Below, in pieces: positions 39,917 to 55,272 of a DNA stretch of 64,000 nucleotides (position 1 is the first letter of the stretch; every line of letters begins with the position of its first letter). The position numbers were made by a program, and so were the translations under genes. The stretch is from Eledone cirrhosa (lineage: Eukaryota): the NCBI GenBank assembly GCA_964016885.1, contig OZ024743.1:19592001-19656000 (forward strand), in the 5' to 3' direction. The notes under the pieces were generated by a model. That model made no database searches, was not told the origin of the DNA, and saw only the letters and a program-made list of their open reading frames with translations.

Positions 39917-42900
39917 AAAAATTGAACGGGAACAAAACAGAGAGGCACTACGAACAAAGGTTTATTAGTTTCACGCTCTTGAGAGTGGAGTGATGGTGGA
40001 GAACGACGTTTCGGGCATAAGCCCTTCTTTAGGCGAAAAGTGTGTGGGAAGAGAGTTCCAAGGGTGTGTAGGGGAGTGGTGGATAGACATATAGAAAAAA
40101 GGGAGTGAGAGGAAACGGTACAAATGAAATTAAATATAAAAGCATAATAAAAATAAAAATAAACATGAAGTAAAACAAGTGGTGGACGGGTGTGGGGCGT
40201 GTAGGGGTGGTGCCGGGTGGAGTGGGGAGAGGGAGGCGGGGTGTCCGAGCGGGGAGGGCTGAAGGTCGTGTGTGTGTAGGTGTACGTGTGTGTGTGTGTC
40301 TATGTGTGTGTATGTGAAAGTAAGATTTGGGGGAAGAACGGGGTTGCATGTTCAGGAAAATGTGTGTGTGGGGTGGGGTGTAGGTCGGTGTGTGTGTGCG
40401 TGTGTGGATGGGGAGGGGTCAGGAGGGTGGGGGAGAGGTTTCTGGAGGCTGAGTGTGTGAATATGTGGTGGTACGCACGTGTGTGTGGTGTTTATACGTG
40501 TTGTGGATGTAGGTGGCCTGTGGAAGAAAAATTTTTTTAGTGTATGTCCGTGGGTCAGTTCCTAAGGTAGTTCCGTAGAGGATGTGGTGGGATGCTGGGC
40601 AATTTCCTTGTGATGTAGTTGATTCTTGGGAGCGATGTCCAATGTGTGTAATCCGTGATTGGGTTGGTCGGAAGAGGGGAGATGTGGGGTGCGCACTCAA
40701 CAGGAAGTGGTCAGAGGGTCAAGGCAGGACAAGGGTTGTGTGTCTGTGTGTGCGGAGAGGTGGTCAGAGATTCAGGGCATAGCAGCAGTCGGGGAGAATG
40801 GTAAGTGAAGAAAGTCGGTGTGTCAGTGTGTGCGGAGGTCCGGTGGACAGGGGACAGGATGGGTAGGTGTGAAATTGGAGTGAGGAGGGTGTGTGTGTAT
40901 TAGTAGAGGTGTTAGTGGGATGTGAGTGCGTGTGAGAAGGGGTGTGGGTGGAGCAGGGGGGGGGGGGAGAAAGGTGTGGGTGACGGTGGAGGGAGTGTAG
41001 TGTACTGGTGTGTGTGTGCGTGTTTGGATGAGTGTGTGTGTGGTGAAGAGGGTGTTAGTGGGTGTTAGTATACTGGTGGTGGGGAAAGGGTTGAATGTGG
41101 GTGTTAGTGGGGGTCAGTGGTGGTAGGGTGTGTCGAGTGGGTGGTGTAAGTGGGTGTGTGTGTTTGTGTGCGTGGGGTCGGAGGGGTGTTAGTGATATTA
41201 GTTGCGGGGTGGTGTGGGTGGATGTGTGGGGGTGAGGGTTAGTGGTGGTAGTAGGGTGTGTGGTTAGTGTGAGCGCGTGTATACATGTACCGATGGGTTT
41301 GTGCGTGTGATAAAGGGAAGGGGGGGTTAAGAAAGGAGGGATGTTAGTATTGTTAGTTGGGGAAGGGTGGTCGGATGTGGGGTGGGGGCGTTAGTATTGT
41401 TATTTGGGGAAGGGTGGTCGGATGTGGGGTGGGGGTGTTAGTATTGTTAGTTGTGGGCTGGGCGGTGAAAAGGAGGAGTGTGTTAGTGGTGTTACTGAGG
41501 GATATGTGTGGGGGGAGGGGGGGGAGGGCCGTCGAAGGCTAAAGGAATAAGGGTGGGGAGTTCAGCCCGGGGGGAGTGTGGGTCTGTAGGGTGAAGATGG
41601 TTAGTTGTTCGACCCTGAGGAGGGTAGCGGGTGTTCCGTGACACTGGAGTAGGCCACAGACTCTGAGGTGGTGCGCAGAATGTCCAGGGGTGCCAAAGTG
41701 GCGGGCGATGAGGGAACTACCGCCGAGACGAATATCTCGGAGGTGTTAGGCGACGTCCAGTCTGTCCGACATAGGTTGCGCTGCGCTCCGTGCAGCGAGT
41801 CCATAGACTGGGTTGGAGAGGTGCAGCGGAAGGCATGCCGGACAGAGAGAGAGAGTGGCCGTTGGGACCCTGGAAGGTGATGGTGTTGGTGATGTGGGGA
41901 CAGGTGTTGCAACGGAGCCTGGAACAGGGAAGGGAACCGGGGGGCATGGGTTGGGGGGTATGGGGCTGTGGACGAGGAGGGTGCGGAGATTGCGTGCGCG
42001 TTTGAATGAGGGGAGTGGTGGGGCTGGGAAGATGTGGGAGGTGGAGGGGTCGGACTGGATGCGTCGGAGGAGGCGGAGAATAGTGCGGTTGAGGGGTATG
42101 GTGGAGGGGTGGTAGGTGACGCGGAAGGGGAGACAGTGGGTGGGTGTTCGGTGGCGTGGGGTGAGGGTGGTGGAGCGGTGGACAGCACGGGCGTGGGTTA
42201 GAGCGTTGTGGACGAGGGGGGGGGACCTCTGCGGATGAAATGGTTGACTAGGGAAAGGGCCTGGGACTCAAAGTCAGCATCTCGGCTACAGAGGCGGTGG
42301 ATCCTGAGGAGTTGGAAGTAGGGAATAGAGTGTTTAGTGTGTGGGGTGGGAAGAGGTGAAGTTGAGGTAGGAGTGGGAGTCGGTGGGTTTGAAGAAGGCG
42401 GAGGTGATGAGGGAGTGGTGGGAGGGGTCGAAGGCGACGGAGATGTCTAAGAAGTGGACGTGGGTGGTGGAGATAGAGGTGGTGAAGTGGAGGGAGGGGT
42501 GGAAGGAGAGAAAGAAGGAGAGAAAGGAGTCGAGCTGTTCTCGGGTGAGGGTCGTGGCTCCGATACAGTCGCCGATGTAACGACCTTACAGTTCGGGCGT
42601 GGGGCCGGTGTACTGGGCAAAGATATGGGCCTCAACATGGCCAACAAAAAGGTTGGCATAGTTTGGGCCCATTCTTGTACCCATGGCTACCCCCGTGACC
42701 TGTTGGTAAAACTCACCCGAGAAGGAGAAACAGTTGAGGGTGAGGACCACCTCGGCGAGGCGAAGGAGGGGGGTGGAGGGGAGGGAGGAGAATGTCTAGG
42801 TTGTGCTTGAGGGCACGTAGGCCGTCGGGGTGTGGGATGACTGTATAGAGCGACTTGATATCTAGGGTGTAGAGGAAGGGCTGTGGGCCGGGTGGGTAGG

Positions 42901-43358
42901 TGAAGGAGTCGAATAGGTGAAGGGCGTGGTTGGTGTGGGAGATGTGGGAGGGGAGGGTGGTAAAAAGGGGGGCGAGGATGGAGTGAAAAAAGGCGGAGAT
43001 GAGTTCGGTGGGGCAGTTGCAAGTGGAGACGATGGGGCGGCCGGGGTTGGCGGGTTTGTGGAGTTTGGGAGGAAGTAGATAGTGGGGTTGTGGGGGGTGC
43101 GAACGATGAGGTGGGAAGCGGTGGGGGAGGAGGGAGGATGAGACAAGTTGTTGGATGGTGGAGGAAACTTGTTGTTGGTGGAGGGGTGTCGGATCGGAGG
43201 GGAGAGGGCGGTAGAAGAGGGGGTTACGGAGTTGCCTGAGGGCTTCGGCCGTGTAGAGGTCAGCGCGCCACACCACCACGGCGCGTCTCTTGTCCGCCGG
43301 TTTGATGACGATGTCATCTCGGCTACGGAGGGAGCGGAGAGCGAGGAGTTAGCCCCGT
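39913..43358 (-). mobile_element. GC-rich, 5'-truncated Neptune-like PLE (RT + Cys linker + GIY-YIG), frameshifted
   Basis: YLLPKLHKP..PGRPIVS, LDIKSLYTVIPH, AMG, YANLFVG, RYIGD, PCSRLRCNTC and YVGQTGRRL. Long C/A-rich 3' UTR, AATAAA and (TA)n flanks. Confidence 0.9.
39999..40036 (-). ncRNA. Degenerate minimal hammerhead at the PLE 3' end
   Basis: CTAAAGA (G5A)-AGGGC ttat GCCC-GAAACGTC. Confidence 0.55.
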
Positions 43359-43387
43359 ATATATATATATATGTGTGTGTGTGTAAT

Positions 43388-43454
<67 letters not shown>

Positions 43455-43461
<7 letters not shown>

Positions 43462-43541
43462 ATCAAAAGATGTTTAAAAGAGTTCCATGTATTTTATTAT
43501 GCGCATACATGGAACTCTTTTAACGATCTTTTGATCTTATA
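43455..43541. repeat. Imperfect inverted repeat beside (TA)n
   Basis: TAAGATCAAAA..AAAAGAGTTCCATGTAT / ATACATGGAACTCTTTT..TTTTGATCTTA. Confidence 0.85.
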
Positions 43542-44549
43542 TTATTTATACTCCAGTCCTACAGACTGTAGAGTGCTACTTATCCGATATCTGCATTGCT
43601 TCATTGTACTACAATAAAACTCATCTCTTACATATATATATATATATATATTACATATTATTTTTTAATAATTAACTCCGTACTCGCACCACCAACAACA
43701 CAAACGAAGACGGGTGAGTTGCATTACGTCGAGTGCTCTCCCTAATATTACATCGTCGAGGTTGACAATAGAGAATGACCAGTTCTATCCAGGGGTGAAC
43801 CAACAAACATAAATAAATAAAGCTCTCGGAAATGTCGAGCGCTTCCAGATGTAATAAGGAACAGGGGCCCTGGCTCCAGTGTACAGCTATCGCCAACATG
43901 GGACTAACTGCACACCATTCAGACCTCATAGATCCTTCATAAAAACGACATATTCTATTATACCCTGTATTGTATTGATTGAATACTCTATCCTATATTT
44001 CAAGGTTTTGGGATTCACATTGAAAATTAAGACTTGAACCTTTACTGAGTATCACCTGATACCAGTCCAACTCTTCCATCCTCTATATCTATATTTATAA
44101 CCATGTATTCTCCAACCGTGTTATCTATTGTTTATTTGCTACACCTTTATCTGTATTTTATTTCTTCTGTATTTTGATTCCTTCGATATGTTTTTATTTA
44201 CTTCCATTTTTACTCCCACAATTACCAACATGGGTATGACTACATTTTATTTATATATTTATTCCCTTTACTCTCCTTATATACTCGTCTGTTACCTAAC
44301 ATTATTACATGACGCTAGAATATTATTCTCTGTAACCTTTATATCTGTTTATCTTTAATCACTCGCCATACGCACTCAGGAATCACACTACATATAACCC
44401 GGGCTAACTGGGGACTAAATATAGTATTCTTACCCATTTCATCAGATCTTGCCACTTTTAAACTTCACATCACGGGCTTGAACTATTGATAATCGTTTGG
44501 TACACGCGATTATCCGACTGATGTGTATGTATATATGTATGTATATATG

Positions 44550-44612
<63 letters not shown>

Positions 44613-44692
44613 TATATATATAGTATATATATATATATATATATATATAGTATATATATATAGTATATATATATATATAGTATATATATATA

Positions 44693-48077
<3,385 letters not shown>

Positions 48078-48165
48078 TGAATACTCCAGGAAAATCCACT
48101 GTTGAGGGCTTCTAATCTAATGTATTGTATTCGTTGATTAATCAACGAATCATTTTAATATTTGG

Positions 48166-48217
<52 letters not shown>

Positions 48218-48308
48218 CGAAGGAAATGTGGTAAGGAACCAGGTGGACCATAACGCACCAAAGTACTCAATACTTGAGGTAGTAGAGTGGGTAATAGGAA
48301 CCAGTAAG

Positions 48309-48402
48309 ACCCCGACAGCTGAGCTCAAGCCGTTTCGACGGCTAATTCTGGACTAAATGAACATTTATCCTGGTATTTAAATAGCCGATCTTCTCAAGGG
48401 GT
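48309..48402 (-). ncRNA. Type I hammerhead, U3-A8 covariant core
   Basis: Reverse complement of 50133-50226. Confidence 0.82.
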
Positions 48403-50132
48403 AATTCCATATATGGTCAAAGTGATTGTCAAAAATCAGTAGTAATTCTGTGGTTGCAAATTAGTAGGGGAGATGGTGGCTAAACCTGCCAGTAGGAGAA
48501 AGAGGGGAGGGGGTGGAGTAGACCCAATCAAGCGTTGGTAGTGCCAGCTACAGCTGGGCATGAGGTCAAAGAAGATACAGGGGAGGGGGAGGGGGAGGAA
48601 GTCGGAACGGTAGGTAGAACAATGGGGGGTAAAAATAGGAAAGAAAAAATACTGAGAGTGAAGAAAAGCAAATAAGTGTAAAGAAAAAATTAAACTATAT
48701 AGGACTTACCGCATGTGACTTCAAGACCCGGCTATACCAACATAGACATACCTTCCGAAACCCGGCCCGGCGTCACGCCACTACACTTTCGGGCCACATA
48801 TGGGACCTCAAGGACAACAACATCACCTATGATCTCACTTGGAGATTACTGTCCAGAGCCAATTCTTACACGGGAGGACGCCGTCCGTGCAATTTATGCT
48901 CGGAGGAAACTTTACAAATGCTGTTTTCGACGGACCAACTCCTAAACAAGAAAGATGAACTGGTTACTGCATGTAAACATAGATTGCGTAGGACTTACCT
49001 CGCCCTCAAACCCCATAATGACCCGGGGGGGTAGACTAGGGCTATAACACCCCAGTTGCCGATTTTGCAATGGGTAACCCCTGCTTGCCAAGGAAGACGT
49101 AAGATCTTCTTTGTATTCTTTTATCGCATCCTTTATTTCCTTCCCCCCTCTCTCCTTTGTCCTTCTACCCCAGCTCTTCTCCTTTGTCGGCGTCTTTTCT
49201 CGCCCACCCGAGGCTGCCCTTTGGCCCCATGTAGCCTTAGTACCCCCACTCCCCCCTCCCCTAGTCTTTGATAGATTTGGCGGACTCCGCCCTTTATAGC
49301 AGTTGGCTTAGACCCCGGATACTTGCCCCCCTTTTCCGACCGCTCCCACTATTCTCTGTGCCCTCTATATTTCTTAGTGGCACTTATGCCTTATTTTTTC
49401 GTTTCAGTATTTCTTGCTTCGCTTTTCTTCTGGGCGGGGTGGATTCTGATCTTATTTCTCCGTATTCTACCTTTATTTCGTACGAACTTTCATGTAGCTT
49501 GTTTTAGATCTTTTAGAGTTAGCATTAGTATATATTTTTCCCGGGACTCAGAATTATTATGTCGTACAAGTTCACTTTGCTGCACTGGGTCGTTGCTGGC
49601 CCGGGATGGAAACCTTTATTGTTTATTTCGTGGTAGTCTCTTTAGTATTTTGGCCCCTTTTGTTGACCAGTCACCGTATCATTTACGTACTTATACTTCT
49701 TAAAAGGGTCCTTGCCTAATTCGTCCCACCTAGTTCTTTTACTTATTTCCTTATTTATTTTTTTATTTATTTATTTACTTCTTTCTTTCTTTCTTTATTT
49801 TATTCTCGCCTAACAATAGCCTGACACTTAGGTCGTAGAATTTAATTTTTTCTTTACACTTATTTGCTTTTCTTCACTCTCAGTATTTTTTCTTTCCTAT
49901 TTTTACCCCCCATTGTTCTACCTACCGTTCCGACTTCCTCCCCCTCCCCCTCCCCTGTATCTTCTTTGACCTCATGCCCAGCTGTAGCTGGCACTACCAA
50001 CGCTTGATTGGGTCTACTCCACCCCCTCCCCTCTTTCTCCTACTGGCAGGTTTAGCCACCATCTCCCCTACTAATTTGCAACCACAGAATTACTACTGAT
50101 TTTTGACAATCACTTTGACCATATATGGAATT

Positions 50133-50226
50133 ACCCCTTGAGAAGATCGGCTATTTAAATACCAGGATAAATGTTCATTTAGTCCAGAATTAGCCGTCGA
50201 AACGGCTTGAGCTCAGCTGTCGGGGT
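50133..50226 (+). ncRNA. Type I hammerhead, U3-A8 covariant core
   Basis: ACCCC-TTGAGAA-GAtCGGCTA...TAGCCGTC-GAAA-CGGCT tgagctc AGCTG-TC^GGGGT. Confidence 0.82.
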
Positions 50227-50236
50227 CTTACTGGTT

Positions 50237-50311
<75 letters not shown>

Positions 50312-50380
50312 GAGACGTAAGATAAGAAAATTATAAAATTATAAAAAAATTCATAAAATTGACTTACTTACTAAAATATC

Positions 50381-50462
50381 ACTTCCAACTAATTAGTTTC
50401 TGGAATGGAGTAAATATATTTTCCGAAGAACATATTGAAAAGCATTCCGTCGTCAGGAAAGT
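50381..50462 (-). ncRNA. Type I hammerhead ribozyme
   Basis: Reverse complement of 51429-51510. Confidence 0.83.
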
Positions 50463-50886
50463 CTATTTTCATGTAAGTTTCTAGGCATAGCGAGGACTCT
50501 GGAAACTTATTAAAAAATAATTCAGTGGAAAGGAAATAGCGAAGCGTGGACTGAAATCCTAGCCATTGAGAAAATCACTGCCTCTACGTCTGTGGCAAAT
50601 TCAAAAAGAATCAATCATGTGACATCGAGGTCAATCAGTGGAAAGCGTGTTGTTAATAAGACAGCGGCCTGCCTACTACTATAGCAGCAGTCATGGCCAA
50701 TATTGCTCGACAAATGAATTGGAGATAATTATAAAGAATTTATATCTAGTAAAATTTATATACATACAGATGCATATTAATGCTAGCAAATATATAGGTT
50801 TTGGCTTCGCTATTTCCTTTCAACTGAATTATTTTTTAATAAGTTTCCAGAGTCCTCGCTATCCCTAGAAACTTACATGAAAATAG

Positions 50887-50968
50887 ACTTTCCTGGCGAC
50901 GGAATGCTTTTCTAAATGTTCTTCGGAAAACATATTTACTCCATTCCAGAAACTAATTAGTTGGAAGT
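50887..50968 (+). ncRNA. Hammerhead copy with A6G core mutation
   Basis: ACTTTC-CTGGCGA-...-GAAA-CTAATTAG-TT^GGAAGT. Confidence 0.65.
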
Positions 50969-51428
50969 GATATTTTAGTAAGTAAGTCAATTTTATGAAT
51001 TTGTTTATAATTTTATAATTTTCTTATATTACGTCTCTCATATTATTGTTCTGCAACCCCATGCATTGAACCACAATGTTACTAAGACAAAACCTATATA
51101 TTTGCTAGCATCGATATGCATCTGTATGTATATAAATGTTACTAGATATAAATTCTTTATAATTATCTCCAATTCATTTGTCGAGCAATATTGGCCATGA
51201 CTGCTGCTATAGTACTAGGCAGGCCGCTGTCTTATTAACAACTCGCTTTCCACTGATTGACCTCGATGTCACGTGATTGATTCTTTTTGAATTTGCCACA
51301 GACGTAGAGGCAGTGATTTTCTCAATGGCTAGGATTTCAGTCCACGCTTCGCTATTTCCTTTCCACTGAATTATTTTTTAATAAGTTTCCAGAGTCCTCG
51401 CTATGCCTAGAAACTTACATGAAAATAG

Positions 51429-51510
51429 ACTTTCCTGACGACGGAATGCTTTTCAATATGTTCTTCGGAAAATATATTTACTCCATTCCAGAAACTAATT
51501 AGTTGGAAGT
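51429..51510 (+). ncRNA. Type I hammerhead ribozyme
   Basis: ACTTTC-CTGACGA-cGGAATG...CATTCCa-GAAA-CTAATTAG-TT^GGAAGT; predicted cut after 51504. Confidence 0.85.
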
Positions 51511-51953
51511 GATATTTTAGTAAGTAAGTCAATTTTATGAATTTTTTTATAATTTTATAATTTTCTTATCTTACGTCTCTCATGTTATTGTTCTGCAACC
51601 CCATGCATTGAACCACAATGTTACTAAGACAAAACCTATATATTTGCTAGCATTGATATGCATCTGTATGTATATAAATGTTACTAGATATAAATTCTTT
51701 ATATATATATATATATATATATATTTCGTTTCTTACTGGCAATATGACCCTCCCAAAGCATGACAATATATATATTGATAAACGGAAAAGAAAATGCTGA
51801 CAAATTGTTCACAGTGAAAAATAGTTTATTTAGGAATAAGTGAGAATTAGTAATAGTATTGGTTAGTATTCAGTTTTGGTTTTAAGTTTTACCGGTTGCG
51901 CATTTCTAATGCTTTACAAAAATAATTTTGAGATAGAGCGTCCGTCATGTTTG

Positions 51954-51984
<31 letters not shown>

Positions 51985-52110
51985 TAGGGTAAACATTGAT
52001 GCAATTCAATTCAAGCACTCAACGTACTTTTTCCACATAGGAGTGATGGAGTAAATATCGAATAAGGAAAAGCGAAGTAGTTTCAGATGTTCAAGTCCTT
52101 TAATAATAAT

Positions 52111-52184
52111 GCTGTGATATATATTTCAATGACGGCACTGGCCACACTGTTCTGTGTGCGAGTGTCGTGTCATCATCAGACAGC
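52111..52184 (-). ncRNA. Type I hammerhead ribozyme in a non-coding insert (51985-52655)
   Basis: GCTGT-CTGATGA-TGAC..CACT..ACAC/GTGT..AGTG..GTCA-tt-GAAA-TATATA-TC^ACAGC. Confidence 0.8.
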
Positions 52185-52473
52185 TTGTTACATAATAAGG
52201 TTATGTTTCCGAGGCAATCCAAATTGAATCGACATGGGAACGGATGAAGTTCGTGCTTTTGGGTTTTTCATCCGTTCCCTTGTGAGTACCAATTCCCCCC
52301 CACCGGTCTGCGCAAGCGCATGTCCGGAGGAAGTTGACGATTAGCCACCGCAGATTTCAACGAAATTCGCTATCAGTTTACCCTCTCAGCCAAAATAATG
52401 GCCCACCTATGCCCTACCATAGTTTACTGCTACCCATCACTACTGTGGCGTCAGCCGAAAGCCAGAGGGGATG

Positions 52474-52651
52474 GGAGGGTGTTAGTTTTTATAGGTCATA
52501 ATACTACCTTTCACTAAGCGTTGACAGCAAGACTGATCATCCACTCATAAGGGAAAATAAACTTAATTCTAGGTAGCATGGTTTTACATTGTAAGTTATG
52601 AGTTGTAAGTTAGTGAAAGGTAGTATTATTACCTATAAAAACTAACACCCT

Positions 52652-52653
<2 letters not shown>
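52474..52653. repeat. ~45-bp inverted repeat pair
   Basis: GGAGGGTGTTAGTTTTTATAGGT..AATACTACCTTTCACTAA and its reverse complement at 52610-52653. Confidence 0.85.
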
Positions 52654-52699
<46 letters not shown>

Positions 52700-52705
<6 letters not shown>

Positions 52706-53591
52706 AAGGATGGCTGCGCGTTGCAAATGGGGGTGCATATGAAAAAGTAAGTCCTTCATCAGTGACCCTCCAACCGTCCCAGGCATTTCATCGCTTTAAG
52801 GGCCATATACCTCAGGTTGGTGCGAACAACGGCTAAAAAAAGTCGTTGGGGCACGTAAATAAAGGGGACGTTAGGGTAACAAACAAAATGGTTTAAGCAA
52901 CAGAAAGTGAGAAGAAATAGACAAGTCCCAGATCTCTATGAATATAAACTCGGTGAAATCGTGAACAAGAGACAAAAGACCATCAAACCTGGTTGAAATG
53001 TGAGCAAGGAAGGAATTTCGCACAAGTCTAACGGGGAGAAGAAGAAGAAGAAGAAGAAGAAGAAGAAGAAGAAGAAGAAGAAGAAGAAGAAGAAGAAGAA
53101 GAAGAAGAAGAAGAAGAAGAAGAAGAAGAAGAAGAAGAAGAAGAAGAAGAAGAAGAAGAAGGGGTATGGTCTACGAATTCGGTAAACATAAGTTTTGTGA
53201 AGTCGCAGACGCAAGAGAGAGAGAAAAAAATTTCATACCGGCTTGACCAAGAACGCGCGAGAAAAGAATTACACACAGGTCATACTTGAAGGAAGAGGAG
53301 GAGGAGAGGTAGTGACAGAGAATGAGTGAGTGAAAGTTGAGGAGGAGGCTAACAGAGAGAGAGACTGCTAGAAAGGGTAAAAGGTACAAAGAACGAAACA
53401 GACGGGTAGCAGCAGAAGAAACATTATGTGTAAATATGATAATAATGATGGCTGCGCGTTGCAAATGGGGGTGCATATGAAAAAGTAAGTCCTTCATCAG
53501 TGACCCTCGAACCGTCCCAGGCATTTCATCGCTTTAAGGGCCATATACCTCAGGTTGGTGCGAACAACGGCTAAAAAAGTCGTTGGGACAC

Positions 53592-53594
<3 letters not shown>
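52700..53594. repeat. Element with ~150-bp direct terminal repeats (738-bp period) and internal (GAA)n
   Basis: 52709-52857 matches 53447-53594; (TA)n flanks. Confidence 0.85.
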
Positions 53595-53629
<35 letters not shown>

Positions 53630-53711
53630 GTTATTCCGGGTTGAATCGGAGGTAACCACAGTAAGTAAGGTACTCAATACATAGCAGAGTATAAAAGTTT
53701 TAATATAGATG

Positions 53712-53762
53712 AGATTCTACAGGACTAGAACTGTTTCATTCTTTAGAAATCATCAGGAATCT
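53712..53762 (-). ncRNA. Type I hammerhead ribozyme in a ~550-bp non-coding insert (53630-54184)
   Basis: AGATTC-CTGATGA-tTTC taaa GAAt-GAAA-CAG ttctagtc CTG-TA^GAATCT. Confidence 0.83.
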
Positions 53763-54183
53763 GGGTATCAAAAAATTAAAATGGTATTTATAGGTCTCTA
53801 CAAGTGGTAGGAGAGGGTGGGGAGTGGGATGGGTGTAGGTCATTGGTTGATAGAAAAGGGAATTCATTAAAAGCTAATTCTACAAAGCTATAGTTTATTT
53901 TTATTTATTTATGTTTTTAGAGTAACAAGGGCAGACAGAATTCTATAAACAGGTTCCGGATGGCATACCATTCCTTGTCATTAAGTTTCTCTTAAGCTAA
54001 CAGATGTCTATAAGATCAGTGGGGGGTCAGTCATAGTCGATAGAATTAAAGAAAAGGGAGATTCCTTAAAAGCTAAAGTCATTAAGGTTCTACTAAGTGA
54101 CAAAGGTTTAGAGAATTCTGTAGACAGATTCAAAATACTGAGTGCATATCTTACAATTATCTTCGAACTTCTCTTAAATTAAT

Positions 54184-54550
<367 letters not shown>

Positions 54551-54575
54551 TTCCTCTTTATCTCTTTCTCACTTC

Positions 54576-54606
<31 letters not shown>

Positions 54607-54720
54607 TCTCTCGTTCCCTAGAAGAAGTTTCAGCTCTGCCAAGTTTAAAAGGCCTTCAAAGTGCCGTATGCCAATACGGCCACTCTACAACTCCATCAGG
54701 TGTTACAGAACGATAATACA

Positions 54721-54772
<52 letters not shown>

Positions 54773-54985
54773 CGGTACAACACTGGAAGGTAATATCCGT
54801 AGTGGTAGAGCACTCAGTCCATGGGACGAGTTAGGTAGAAGTGGTTACACAACAGATAGTACACCACACCGAGAACAATTGTTTCCCCTTACCTTATCCT
54901 CAGCGGATCCTTAGCGGCCCCTTACTGAGGACCGCTAAGGTGAAACAATTGTTGTCGGTATTGTGAACTAATTGTTGTGTAACAA

Positions 54986-55031
<46 letters not shown>

Positions 55032-55164
55032 ACTACAGCCGTCATTTTAAATATGATTTGGCTATCGGCGTTAAGTGTTCATGCAGCCATATGCAGATAC
55101 GGATACTCTCGCGGCCCTTTTTCACATAATCCCGATGTCGCACTTGAAGGAAAGGAGATTTGGT

Positions 55165-55272
55165 AATTTCTTTGTTGACTTCGAAAGTATGAAAGGCAAA
55201 ATAGACTATAGCAGGATTTCAATGCAGAGATCCGGAACTGAAATGTAACGATTGTGCTAAATCAACCACCTT
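55165..55272 (-). mobile_element. Old SINE fragment
   Basis: ATGAAAGGCAAA..GACT..AGCAGGATTT resembles the reverse-complemented core. Confidence 0.5.

Larger units (their letters stand above)
48217..50239. mobile_element. Non-coding ~2-kb element with ~400-bp inverted arms, each carrying a HHR
   Basis: 48296-48693 is the reverse complement of 49839-50239; (TA)n flanks; no RT ORF. Confidence 0.85.
50310..51700. mobile_element. Non-coding HHR-bearing retrozyme-like element, 542-bp unit (subfamily B)
   Basis: Minus arm 50310-50802 (~0.9 unit) and plus arm 50804-51700 (~1.65 tandem units). Co-linear with 19356-20627; (TA)n flanks. Confidence 0.88.
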
